Shown piece after piece: positions 57,801 through 64,000 of a DNA stretch of 64,000 nt (position 1 is its first letter; each line of letters opens with the position of its first letter). Under the pieces are notes generated by a model. It ran no database searches. It saw nothing but the letters and a program-made list of their open reading frames with translations, and had not been told where the DNA came from. The translations under genes and the position numbers were made by a program. This DNA is from Alphaproteobacteria bacterium (GTDB lineage: Bacteria; Pseudomonadota; Alphaproteobacteria; G965222575), in contig OZ244958.1 of assembly GCA_965222575.1 (NCBI GenBank), forward strand, positions 384,001-448,000. Reading direction: 5' to 3'.

Positions 57801-58451
57801 AATGATAATGATGATACGCCTGATGAAAACACTGATACCACGCCTACTGACGAAGACAACACCCCCACCTTACCTCCTGTGGTCGTTAATCCCATACTAG
57901 CTGCCCCCATCGTTATGACACCCCTCCCTGCCCCTCTCAACCCCACAGTGGAAAACATCTTCTCTTTTCCCGCACCTCCAACACCTAACAACAACCAACA
58001 AACTCCGAACATCTCACCAATTTCCGTTAGCACGCCTTCTGTGCCAACAGTGGACTCAAAAATCTTAACGCTTACCTTGTTCACAGACGAACCGCCTAAA
58101 GAAAATGACTTTTTGCTCTTTTCCATCCCTCCCGTACCGCCACTCCCACCAGCAGCCACAGCACCACCAGTAGCCTCAGCGCCACCAGCAACCATAGAGA
58201 GTGAAGAGACAGAAAACAATGCGACAGAACAACAAAGAACACAAGCAACTACACAAAAGCCTTGGTGGGAAAGACCTATTGGAGAAGACCTTTTCCAAGC
58301 AAATGGACCGCTTTCACCGGAGAACAAAAATAACGAAGGAAAAGGAAAAAGACGAGACCCTAAAGGACGTAAGAGCTATCGTGTGATTTTTAGTAGCATA
58401 AAATTGCGCTGGAAACCTGAAGATGATACCCTCCTAACTGCTTGGATGTAA
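45861..58451 (+). CDS. Giant TpsA/filamentous-haemagglutinin-family exoprotein with FG-GAP repeats and acidic Pro/Thr stalk
   Basis: Signal peptide; TPS domain (W.SF, S.ING.L...G.V.LVN..GIIFG..S.VNVG.L.ATT); many FG..L.L....L.IGAP....G.V..Y repeats; C-terminal D/E/P/T repeats. Confidence 0.85.
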   Translation: MTALALQGLFKKAVFYLPGVCLFFMHFSASALPLNPQIKKGNALISTSSHKLTVDQKTELLHVDWDSFQLQRNEEMEILHSFGMKGLSIHRVIGANPSFINGRLTAAGRVVLVNSRGIIFGPNSIVNVGALLATTSDILTSYDENLFAFDTRQTSSIGEILVEKGAVITARDRGWLALIAPIVKVQRGAILTAEEGIITLIGGNKFLIDLYGNGLVNFIVNTTETASSLINKGTLKGNKVFMKIPASKSESPPSIEQKGHILATHFIDEKNKLTLGTVKIEGGRKGEVSFAQDSSVTVKNKPPPPPNADNVPPSQDDTPPSKTAPSPRDITVSITGRIVTIDGKITTQSGKIGLKADTLLVKQTGALIVKTLTGGEIFLKSRGDSYILGTIAVGNIAYKKKWIASTHLHDYHFETTIHHQSGGEILVGGQYIATGGQIILDAQGAVKFIGGSAKAGNGKNALLSITAQKGLYTNGVSHFHIDSTQIGLILFKSPQSLSLFGEIFIGKKTHLRLQHPPTQPLTYSITLHLKKKQYHLISKPNGIPTTLPQKLLLDGFEGQSLTAPETFDHKNAIGGFLPVAKALSHVNKPVRTLAKASNTQSHFLALSIKDKEQVFLYKSDKTDTEFKLQDLLLLSVIKSPSSKTINFGSALALTMIGETPLLIVGAPTYSSTNLPNAGALFVYQTPFTAPTLTQSIIGKMPQGFLGANLAFVNTNTLFSSQYSPPSPRFFRTAQKILPHFLSFTLNPSTLNPSTQTLTHNNTYLINKQGTALTPIPSPQTITNIFITVDQFKGGANLLVFRLLLHVPSKDHTIPTGIVIVNTATPQNNNYPIPLAWSTNHQITSFQQSFKDLPSIDAIEIYQSQNDILNVMLLSYRERVIKLLKIELSPQSLQVLKIDRYPIDLPDFYTSSMIVIGGKLLIGYEKGVLAYQMKAKPHPALPQRFGPQQIIGEDLRGIETLAFGVSMDSYILPPSQKRRHSLYLLAVGAPNADQGFGRVYLYSGSDYQSLTLHTILSGKLEDGINPNTGWGVSLALGDGILFIATPYDQKIPFIHTYLFEEDFAYLRKSTTIPLDPLRIQDNEILAIHGLDMDYSNGVLAVTKTTETSTHMLDLFRIISLDSILLVQKPFPLFTPFYTIANQQPQDTKFWPNAVSFDPTGQLLGVLSRKNNMLLLYRLPQNPKNLFIPTDIQVLVTKDFSVNSISLPTSKITKSNFKTIGYGLEIGQKYIWVFGNRIDNTSFLKIPFTIKNNSFSLGQSKFYDVAQQLLSQLLYSEVKSLKAVKRGQLKIGLLEDQNQEILWGRPQDGWVVTMKSYSQTEGEKYFKIKNLFKTSEQMTMYLEEGFGQRLATIVRTSTLSQAKHYILAASSFKPHASVIALFFSPAPDFQNASLFGLIPPTTHQGFGLALALGKNTLFIGAPNANTVLAYTYREESERRYAVTNPVNPKDLSQDLQKAFLPQVQAGFSLAYHDGKKLLAVGAPGKGGGVAVFQVTDTLTLIPFRLLQAQALPYQTNSPFQTLWGTSLVQQVPFTNTPTALFGASVAFHHTGNLLAVSAPGMGKVFLYHVKTTHHNLWPLIALIGSPAPLEEQFLYATDKTAIATQSSPSTFGVPHSYTMKPVYAMTHFGWNIVFLHNPSNQENKLLILAENTQTALFAYPFTTQPHFQWEDKSIGYFPLSHTFSQTQSIENPIGLATLHSIYEDSTFLFLGYANKVTRLHSKDFWASSEPPVNPSVLNLRTTPLHQTLTLNPSQPQAFALFQGYLALGNPWYQENLGKVTLYKITGDNFLDLTLLTILLGKEQTKDATYFGFSLAFANPYLPEYDATLFIGAPGGQTGKVLAFSLASNTITLLPFNFPTLPNTKGFGFDIAFHNDRLIIGAPLSQHQNNTPTGAVYFYSITSNNIQPQVSPLLVITQDNTQNLFPLSLPPPSNHHHLGKVLSLSGDYAFFLSANPDPSTSTIHLLHYPSNAQPQFIDSYTFNAPLYDLVALPTKHLFLLTKDALLFASWQTQNGLQILKEKTFTEIPFFKKNSLQQYYTGAAQFYEKPSFAMDNIEETLFFLNPQGLYKIHYEHALPAAKPLSIAVMTTTKKLTPQTSSPIPLYVIAIGMKEQDKVYLLVAKQNAPKLWHLKHIIHGEKDTQFGTSVALSSQWLAVGATGLKTNNKIQGGAILYRLTETDEVVLSSPLGKGIPIIAGFSHLSKAGFSVAVSNQRLVIGAPHTRKNNKKIGAFFVYSFSQNQPIPFSQTQNSLSSSPQHPTPFALPASLQNQDASIGYSIALGPHNLLAVSAPGQKQVLIYNSLSGTFLTTIDPNEDTTNDLDSFDAIPWQINFGYSVTFQPGALLVLGANSGETLMLYEYTFSFNNNQLLGQNSLVWNEGKNIEASTLGFETWELDDISNVIAAVGDKLFVGGQSASHVLLLDFSNDKTATISTFHKGLFPLEKLSQPLEEITPLATTAQPLAVDFLSLPSSLFLMAIGKPYKDEVYILTSTAQDLSKWHLKFVLKGEAQSAFGASLSLYSNHHLAIGAPLYNSKTGAVYLYDISGTSPLLTQHITAFPAASQGGYSVDMTQHYLVIGAPFASSSPSLSKQSGIVYGYHYQSQQKRYVLSFLLLPKGGQKPASTPAALQTLVFPKPYKRKMQLGAAVSLEGDTLAVSALGYQSVYLYNLRTRRLIGGVGDLIQKAGYLRQSFDSFGHSLVLKPDALWVLGTPAQADGLFLYRFPLTAFQLTSTSPQDPTALTPLPSSAGSPFTSSLFALTNGFLAIGGTGQTITFSTTQHITKQQIGFTMEESQTGIYQQDTIQGSTLAIRSVKGRLHTEEDSIEQMYLIALGNPEKNQIYLLGAWEQAPEKWYVQQIIKGPQSSQFGFALDFSKNNILAIGAPSYKGRGAVFLYEHPSALNFPNWQHLVLKQEISNFDPQSKAGYALAFGGKNDQFLAIGAPGTHSGPTAGQIGGAVYGYELYQQHFLPVFLIAPADTRLQPLFYKSFKIQHLPDNFVPSMRLGAALAFEDDTLALAAPGAQAIYLYHLSTDTPKNRRFFQKISLPTADKTVGEILLMEKTSLFISQRDNNNQITMLAYYFSLTKWKALKDRQWSLTLPTPFSPYAIALVDGVFFSATTAGGIEKKILSSVPTTKVVLINAVFQQPTKTPGLSLDIAQESQERDLMAIAQGRTVFLYTLTYKTLEQRFKKVTLKQILHLPSSSPNPPSLRVALGPDKLFVGDPSYHGGWGRVLVYALYPHKGLSLLSSPLPNQGIEPLNFGYALDYNPSIGLLAVGAPLAHKGNGQVFLYRYQPSSPDLPTNKYGTHASFSFTGTKQNPIGEVVAWNPNGYLTIAKGNNLISYAIDHNAQPTLLTVENPQDREQSQGHILHAAWWDNTLITLKQQGDLFFLFAQTASITSSTLTWQQITPLGTYQASSLSFARSPVLNTLITILQQPQTLALLQFLTPSPQTHTPQHLLAITAVPILTLKQSISTQLLHDQRFEHYTSSVLTTKIIYYSHQLIGPFAQNHPFFIPYKEYRAFLHFQRIKGLMQKIPALLQLPPSSIDTILTPILIQILKDNIIPIKPLPTSFAFPTLPTTPHNINDLTASITPENNDIENPIGDGGLPPVVIETTTTPPDNNDNDDKKPDEDTDNTPTDGGTLPPVTITPTNEDTDDPDIDDKKPDEDTDNTPTDGGTLPPVTITPTNEDTDDPDIDDKKPDEDTDNTPTDGGTLPPVTITPTNEDTDDPDIDDKKPDEDTDNTPTDGGTLPPVTITPTNEDTDDPADNNDNDDNTPEEEEDPTLPPVTITPTNEDTDTPGIDDKKPDEDTDNTPTDGGTLPPVTITPTNEDTDDPADNNDNDDNTPEEEEEDPTLPPVTITPTNEDTDAPGIDDKKPDENTDTTPTEEEEDPTLPPVTITPTNEDTDDPTGNNDNDDNTPEEEEDPLSPVVIENTNPPDDNNDDDGNTPDENTDATPTEEEEDPTLPPVVIENTNPPPSNNDNDDTPDENTDTTPTDEDNTPTLPPVVVNPILAAPIVMTPLPAPLNPTVENIFSFPAPPTPNNNQQTPNISPISVSTPSVPTVDSKILTLTLFTDEPPKENDFLLFSIPPVPPLPPAATAPPVASAPPATIESEETENNATEQQRTQATTQKPWWERPIGEDLFQANGPLSPENKNNEGKGKRRDPKGRKSYRVIFSSIKLRWKPEDDTLLTAWM
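56690..57880 (+). repeat. Intragenic coding tandem repeat, core unit 108 bp (36 aa) with variants
   Basis: GACAAGAAGCCTGATGAAGACACTG at 56733, 56841, 56949 and 57057, plus later variants; TLPPVTITPTNEDTD recurs. Confidence 0.93.
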
Positions 58452-58551
58452 GACCTCACCCGACCAATCAAGAGATAGAGTATTGCCTTCTGTCCCTTGT
58501 GGCTTTACAGTAATAGGATTAACAGTATCGCTCCCATACCCCTTATTGTCT

Positions 58552-60081
58552 ATGTCCTACCAGATTTTAGCCCGCGCAAAAAGACCTCAGCTCTTCGAGG
58601 AGTTAATAGACCAAGACATCATCGTCAGTACCCTAAAACAAGCCATAGCACAGGGGAAAATTCCCACAGGAATCTTGCTCACAGGCCCCCGTGGAGTAGG
58701 GAAAACTACTCTAGCACGCATCATCGCTAAGAGTCTCAATTGCCTCAAGGACACTACTCCTACAACAACTCCCTGTAATAGGTGTCAAAATTGTAGCGCC
58801 ATCACCGCAAGCCAGCACATAGATGTCCTAGAAATGGACGCCGCTTCTCATACAGGCGTGAACGATATCAGAGAAATCCTATCAGCAACGTCCTACGCGC
58901 CAGTGCAGGGCAGATACAAGGTCTATATCATGGATGAAGTCCATATGCTCTCTCTCAACGCCTTCAACGCCCTGTTAAAAACCTTAGAAGAACCCCCCCC
59001 TTCCGTGGTGTTCATCCTCGCCACCACAGAGCTTGGGAAAGTCCCTAAGACTATTATTTCCCGCTGTCAGCGCTATAAATTACAACGCATCAGTACACCA
59101 GCTCTCGTGTCCTACTTGGAAAAAATCGCCAAGGAAGAAACCATAACATACGAACAAAAAGCCCTAGAAAGAATCGCCATCCTAGCAGACGGCTCCGTTA
59201 GGGACGCCCTTTCCCTTTTAGAGCAAGGAAGCCTCCTAGAACACAATAACATCACAACCAAGGGCTTACACGCCATGGTAGGCACAAACCATGATGCATC
59301 TTTGGCCACCTTACTGCAACTCACCCTAACAGGACACAAAATAGAAGCACTCAAAGCCCTTGAAAACCTCGTCCAACAGGGCATACACCCCATACACCTC
59401 CTAAGTCGCCTCCTAGACTTCACACACTACGCCTTCAAAAATGCTCTTAATCTCCCACTGAACCAAGACCTCCAACAGGAAGTCCTTGACATTCTCCTCC
59501 CCTTACACACACACCCCCCTGCTCTTCTCCTAAGAACTTGGCAAGCACTTTACCAAAGCTATAAAGACCTCGCCTCCCTGAACACCGCTCACCAAGCCGG
59601 CTTAGAAATGGCACTCCTCAAACTGTTATACGCTCAAGACCTCCCCTTACCAGAGGAAATCGTCAAGACCTCAACCTCCCCCGCACCCTCTTCCCCAAAA
59701 CAAGACACAACACCACAAAACTCAAGACTCTTTCACTCTTTTGAAGATGTCCTCACTGCCCTACAGGGTGAAGGACATATTGGCGCTGCCCGTAAGCTCA
59801 GACAGCTTGCAACACTTGTCTCCTTCAACTCTCATGACCGTCACATCACCCTTGCCATTCCAACAGCCCACAACCTCAAAGAAGACCTGCGCACCATGCA
59901 ACAAACACTCAAAAGACTCGGACACTTGGAGTGGACAATCTCCCTCACAAACAGCCCTGAAAACACCCTCCCCACCAAAGAACCCACCCCTCAACAAGAA
60001 CAACAGATACCACAAAATGACCTCCCCCCTGTGGTACAAGAGGCAAAAAAACTCTTCCCAACCCTACAACTTAAACTCTAA
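58552..60081 (+). CDS. dnaX: DNA polymerase III subunit gamma/tau
   Basis: YQILAR..RP..F, GPRGVGKTT, EMDAAS, DEVHML, NALLKTLEEPP, SRCQ. Confidence 0.95.
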   Translation: MSYQILARAKRPQLFEELIDQDIIVSTLKQAIAQGKIPTGILLTGPRGVGKTTLARIIAKSLNCLKDTTPTTTPCNRCQNCSAITASQHIDVLEMDAASHTGVNDIREILSATSYAPVQGRYKVYIMDEVHMLSLNAFNALLKTLEEPPPSVVFILATTELGKVPKTIISRCQRYKLQRISTPALVSYLEKIAKEETITYEQKALERIAILADGSVRDALSLLEQGSLLEHNNITTKGLHAMVGTNHDASLATLLQLTLTGHKIEALKALENLVQQGIHPIHLLSRLLDFTHYAFKNALNLPLNQDLQQEVLDILLPLHTHPPALLLRTWQALYQSYKDLASLNTAHQAGLEMALLKLLYAQDLPLPEEIVKTSTSPAPSSPKQDTTPQNSRLFHSFEDVLTALQGEGHIGAARKLRQLATLVSFNSHDRHITLAIPTAHNLKEDLRTMQQTLKRLGHLEWTISLTNSPENTLPTKEPTPQQEQQIPQNDLPPVVQEAKKLFPTLQLKL

Positions 60082-60188
60082 TCTCCCCATGACAAACATG
60101 CGAGAAATCCCCCCGCCTATAAGCATCTTATACAACTCCCAAAGGAAAGAGACACCCGCCCGCCACGTGTCAAAAATCGGGGAATGAC

Positions 60189-60785
60189 ATGCTCATAGAA
60201 GACTTAATTGCCCTCTTTGAACGCCTGCCCGGCATAGGAAAACGATCCGCTAGACGATTGGTCTTATTTTTACTCCACCATCCTAAAACCCTCCTGTTAC
60301 CGCTCTCCTCCGCTCTCAGCTCCGTAGGGGAAAAAGTCTCCACCTGCTCTGTCTGTGGTAGCTTAGATATAGACAATCCCTGTAGCATCTGTCAGGACAA
60401 AAACCGCAACACAGAGACAATTTGCGTGGTAGAAACCCTAGTGGATTTATGGGCTATCGAACGCAGCGATAGTTATCAAGGAAGCTATCATGTCCTAGGG
60501 GGCACCTTGTCAACTCAAGGATTTAAGCCAGAAGAGTTAAATATTGCCACACTCCTTAAAAGAATTGAGCAAAAGAAAGCAGAAGGTACCCCCATCAAGG
60601 AAGTGATTTTAAGTATCAATGGGACCTTACAAGGACAAGTAACAGGGCATTTTCTTAAACAAAAACTCAAGCATTTAGATGTGTTGGTCACCGCTCTTGC
60701 CTTTGGAATCCCTGTGGGAGGGGAGCTTGAATACTTAGACGAACAAACCCTACAATTCGCTCTGGACAGCCGCAAGTCTCTCTAA
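60189..60785 (+). CDS. recR: Recombination mediator RecR
   Basis: LPGIG..SA.R, C4 zinc finger, ICVVE, YHVLGG, GIPVGGELEYLD. Confidence 0.95.
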   Translation: MLIEDLIALFERLPGIGKRSARRLVLFLLHHPKTLLLPLSSALSSVGEKVSTCSVCGSLDIDNPCSICQDKNRNTETICVVETLVDLWAIERSDSYQGSYHVLGGTLSTQGFKPEELNIATLLKRIEQKKAEGTPIKEVILSINGTLQGQVTGHFLKQKLKHLDVLVTALAFGIPVGGELEYLDEQTLQFALDSRKSL

Positions 60786-60802
60786 AGAAACCCCTACCAC
60801 TA

Positions 60803-61747
60803 TCACAAGGCTACCAAAGCCTTTTGGACACAAACATAAGGGGCAATGCTTAAAAACTTCACGAAGGCTTTGGCATTAACAGGAATGTAACTAGGGAAAT
60901 ATTTTTTACTCCATGTCTCCTGGCGCTTTCTGTACTGCTTTGTTCTTAAGACTGTTTGTTTGATAGCATCTTCAAGAGAGAGGTGTCCTTTGTAAAGAGC
61001 AAGGGCTTCTAGCACACCGATACTGTTAGCAATGTTGGGTTTCAGTCCCGCTTTTAAGGCGTGGGCAATTTCTTTTTTAGCACTTTGAAACATCCCTTCT
61101 GTTCGCCTTTGACAGTGCATGTGTAGCCATTCTCGGGGGGCAACGGTTTTGAAGACAATCCATTCTCCGGAAAACAGAGGGACTTTTTTCTGCTGAAAAT
61201 AGGCAAGGGATTTCTTTGTACTATAAAAAACCTCTAAGGCACGCCTTAGCCGATAGGTATCCTTTTCATGAACAGCCGCCGCCATTATGGGATCGCAGGC
61301 TCTTAGCTTACGGTGTAGCTCTTCAGAGGGAACGTCTCTGAGACGGAGACGGAGAGCAGGAGGGATACTAGGGAGAGGAGACAGGCCTTTTCTAAGAGCA
61401 TGGAGATAAAATCCTGAGCCTCCAACAATGAGGGGAATTTTTTTTTGACGCCATGCCTTCAAAATTTCTCTTTTCGCCAACACCAACCATTGCGCGACAT
61501 CAAAAGACTCGGACACATCTAAAAATCCATACAACTTCAGTCCTGTTCCCTTCACCGGTTGCGCCGTTAGGATAGGGAGCTGTTTATAGACCTGAGCTGG
61601 GTCTGCATTGATAATAATGCCCCCGCAAGCCTGCGCAAGATGCGCTGCAAACAGGGATTTTGAAGAGCCTGTAGGGCCTGTGACAATAATTCCCGGTCCT
61701 CTCAAAGTCTGATTTTGCGTATCGACAAGTATTTTTTTTTCTAGCAA
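60803..61747 (-). CDS. miaA: tRNA dimethylallyltransferase
   Basis: GPTG..KS, IINAD..QVY...ILTA.P, VGGSG.Y, R..RALEV, T.QY.KRQ.TW; start set after the tRNA (TTG, uncertain). Confidence 0.9.
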   Translation of the reverse strand: MLEKKILVDTQNQTLRGPGIIVTGPTGSSKSLFAAHLAQACGGIIINADPAQVYKQLPILTAQPVKGTGLKLYGFLDVSESFDVAQWLVLAKREILKAWRQKKIPLIVGGSGFYLHALRKGLSPLPSIPPALRLRLRDVPSEELHRKLRACDPIMAAAVHEKDTYRLRRALEVFYSTKKSLAYFQQKKVPLFSGEWIVFKTVAPREWLHMHCQRRTEGMFQSAKKEIAHALKAGLKPNIANSIGVLEALALYKGHLSLEDAIKQTVLRTKQYRKRQETWSKKYFPSYIPVNAKAFVKFLSIAPYVCVQKALVAL

Positions 61748-61769
61748 GGAGACGCTCTCTTGTATGATT

Positions 61770-61856
61770 TGGTGCGGTCGAGAAGACTCGAACTTCCACG
61801 GGGTTGCCCCCACAGCGCCCTCAACGCTGCGCGTCTACCTGTTCCGCCACGACCGC
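61770..61856 (-). tRNA. tRNA-Leu(GAG)
   Basis: GCGGTCG..GGTAGACGC..CAGCG-TTGAGGG-CGCTG, long variable arm, GTTCGAGTC, encoded CCA. Confidence 0.95.
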
Positions 61857-61953
61857 ATAAGCCCTTTATCATATCAAAAAACCACTCCTTGCAACAAGGT
61901 GAGAATCTTTGCTACCATGATATAGCAAAAAAAACAGGAAAATCCGACCCGAT

Positions 61954-62439
61954 ATGTTAAAACCTGACATCCTAGTTGGCATTATCATGGGAAGTCAATC
62001 AGACTGGGCAACCTTACAACCTTGCGCTACTACTCTTAAGACCCTCTCCATAAAGTACGAAACACGCATTGTTTCAGCACACCGGACTCCTAAACGCCTC
62101 TATGAATATGCACAAAGAGCAGAAGAACGAGGGCTTTGCGTCATCATCGCCGGGGCTGGAGGCGCTGCCCATTTGCCGGGCATGACAGCAGCGCTCACCT
62201 CTCTACCCGTGCTAGGCGTCCCCATAGAAACAGGCGCCCTAAGAGGACAGGATAGCCTCTACTCCATCGTTCAAATGCCAAAAGGAGTCCCCGTGGGTAC
62301 CTTGTCCATCGGTACAGCAGGAGCCGTGAACGCAGCCCTATTAGCAGCAGCTATCCTAGCCTTACAACATAAAAAAATCGCACACGCCCTCAAGACCTAT
62401 AAAACAAAACAAGAACAAGCCGTTCCTCTACAGCCCTAA
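61954..62439 (+). CDS. purE: N5-CAIR mutase
   Basis: [36 protein letters not shown]. Confidence 0.97.
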   Translation: MLKPDILVGIIMGSQSDWATLQPCATTLKTLSIKYETRIVSAHRTPKRLYEYAQRAEERGLCVIIAGAGGAAHLPGMTAALTSLPVLGVPIETGALRGQDSLYSIVQMPKGVPVGTLSIGTAGAVNAALLAAAILALQHKKIAHALKTYKTKQEQAVPLQP

Positions 62440-63495
62440 ATGTTCATCCCTCCTCCAGCCATCATAGGAATCTTAGGAGGGGGGCAACTAGGAAAAATGC
62501 TCGCCATGGAAGCAGCACGCCTAGGGTATCAAACACATGTCTATGACCCTTCAAAAGACTCCCCTGCTAAACAAGTCGCCACCTATAAGACAACAGCCCC
62601 CTTCGAGGATACAAAAGCCCTACAACAATTCGCCCAAACCGTTGCAGTAGCAACAGTAGAGTTTGAAAATATTCCCCTCAAAACCCTTGAGACAGTGGAA
62701 GCCATAGGGTCTCTTTTTCCTTCCTCCTTTGCCATTGCAGTCTGCCAAGACCGCTTGCGCGAAAAAGCCTTCCTACAGAAACTTGGTATCACCACTCCTC
62801 CTTGGTGCGCTTTAGAAAAGGAAAAAGAAGACAGACTTCAGGACTTCTCTTATCCCGCCTATCTGAAAACCGCACAAGGAGGATACAATGGAAAAGCCCA
62901 AGCACTTGTGCGCTCGAAAAAGGAAGCCTTAGCAATATGGGAAACATGGGGGAAGCCCCGTTGCATTCTGGAGGAAAAAATCCTCTTCTCAAAAGAAATG
63001 GCTTCTGTGATAGGAGTCGGTTGCGGAGAGACTCTCCTATACCCCCTCACAGAGACCCTTCACCAAGAGGGAATCCTGCATAAAGCTTTTGTCCCCTCCA
63101 CCTTACCAGCAACAGCACAACAACAAGCCTATGACATCACCCATCGTATCGTCAAAGCCTTGTCCTATCAAGGGGTTTTAGCAGTAGAATTGTTCTATCT
63201 GAAAGGGGAAGTTCTCGTCAATGAACTAGCACCACGGGTACACAACAGCGCCCACTGGACATGGGAAGGGGCCATAACAAGTCAGTTCGAACAACACATC
63301 AGAGCCATTTGCGGCTTACCACTAGGGGATATCCATCTGTTAGGAGAAGCGGTAGAAATGACCAATCTCCTCGGAAAAATGGACGGCAGAACTTATCTGA
63401 AAGACCCTTATACCTCTGTTCACCTCTATGGCAAAAAGGACGTGAAGGCTAAGAGAAAAATGGGACATGTGACAACAATTAAACCTAGACAATAA
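62440..63495 (+). CDS. purK: N5-CAIR synthase
   Basis: GILGGGQLG.M, EFEN, QDR..EK, NELAPRVHNS.H, SQFEQH.RA, LYGK....RKMGH. Confidence 0.96.
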   Translation: MFIPPPAIIGILGGGQLGKMLAMEAARLGYQTHVYDPSKDSPAKQVATYKTTAPFEDTKALQQFAQTVAVATVEFENIPLKTLETVEAIGSLFPSSFAIAVCQDRLREKAFLQKLGITTPPWCALEKEKEDRLQDFSYPAYLKTAQGGYNGKAQALVRSKKEALAIWETWGKPRCILEEKILFSKEMASVIGVGCGETLLYPLTETLHQEGILHKAFVPSTLPATAQQQAYDITHRIVKALSYQGVLAVELFYLKGEVLVNELAPRVHNSAHWTWEGAITSQFEQHIRAICGLPLGDIHLLGEAVEMTNLLGKMDGRTYLKDPYTSVHLYGKKDVKAKRKMGHVTTIKPRQ

Positions 63496-63514
63496 AACGA
63501 CTCACACAAAAGAG

Positions 63515-64000
63515 ATGGCACAAGAAAAACTCTTTACAAAAACACGTGTCTCCTTAGGAGAGGCAGAAAAGAAACAATGGTTACGGCTCGTACGTAGTAA
63601 AAACATAGGGTCTAAAACACTTTGGCGCCTGTTAGAGGGATATAAAACAGCCTCTACGGTGATAGAGCAATTGCCTTTTTTATCCTCTAGCGGAGAAAGG
63701 GGATTTGGAAGAAATGTGATGCTAGCCTCTGAAGCTAGTATAGAAAAAGAGTGGAAAGCAGGCAAAAAGAACGGGGTGAAATTTTTAGCAGCATGCGAGC
63801 CTGACTATCCTCCTGCTTTAGCGTCAATTGAGGATGCACCGGGTGTCCTGTGCGTCTTAGGCAATCTCTCAGTTTTTCTCAAACACTCCATCAGTATCGT
63901 TGGCAGTCGTAACGCCTCTTTGCCCGGTCGTCATATGGCTAGAAGAATCGCTGCCGACCTTGCAGAGGAAAACTTCGTAATAACCTCAGGTCTAGCCTTA
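63515..64000 (+). CDS. dprA: DNA-processing protein DprA (runs off window end)
   Basis: Manual translation: WLRLVRS.NIG, DYPP.L..I.DAP..L, SIVGSRNAS..G, VITSGLA. Confidence 0.9.
   Translation, partial: MAQEKLFTKTRVSLGEAEKKQWLRLVRSKNIGSKTLWRLLEGYKTASTVIEQLPFLSSSGERGFGRNVMLASEASIEKEWKAGKKNGVKFLAACEPDYPPALASIEDAPGVLCVLGNLSVFLKHSISIVGSRNASLPGRHMARRIAADLAEENFVITSGLAL

Noticed and set aside
56402-58327. 641-aa minus-strand S/V/G-rich ORF
   Set aside because: Antisense shadow of the low-complexity repeat region of the giant adhesin
61748-61813. N-terminal extension of miaA in the ORF track
   Set aside because: It overlaps tRNA-Leu on the same strand; the real start is more likely downstream of the tRNA

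Overview
64 kb of a compact alphaproteobacterial chromosome, probably from a host-associated lineage (inferred from ctrA, ccrM, a chpT-like gene, the chpT-cheAWYBR-ctrA cluster and an alpha-type initiator tRNA). Most of it is housekeeping: sua5, yaaA, rnpB, tolAB, yebC, ruvCA, rnj, coaX, groESL, putP, mscS, rnhB, alaS, ogt, a 23S-5S locus with no adjacent 16S, four tRNAs, dnaX, recR, miaA, purEK and a partial dprA. Host-interaction candidates are a YscB-like chaperone plus SctC secretin coupled to an RsbW/RsbV-like pair, an exported ankyrin protein, and a 4196-aa TPS-domain protein with many FG-GAP repeats. Two unexplained patterns stand out. (1) Three co-oriented mosaic paralogs of a secreted fimbrial-like protein share flanking DNA and a sigma70-type promoter. 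The promoter lies inside a perfect 23-bp inverted repeat in copy 1, has lost its -10 box in copy 2, and drives a frameshifted gene in copy 3. The copies sit where the usual tol/ruv gene order is broken. (2) Tandem arrays built from the 3' ends of resident genes recur at groEL, the cheR/ctrA junction and 5S rRNA, with a further array starting at the FAH stop codon. One has a CRISPR-like repeat/self-fragment layout. All calls come from reading motifs by eye; no searches were run. Some indels and array structure could be assembly artefacts.
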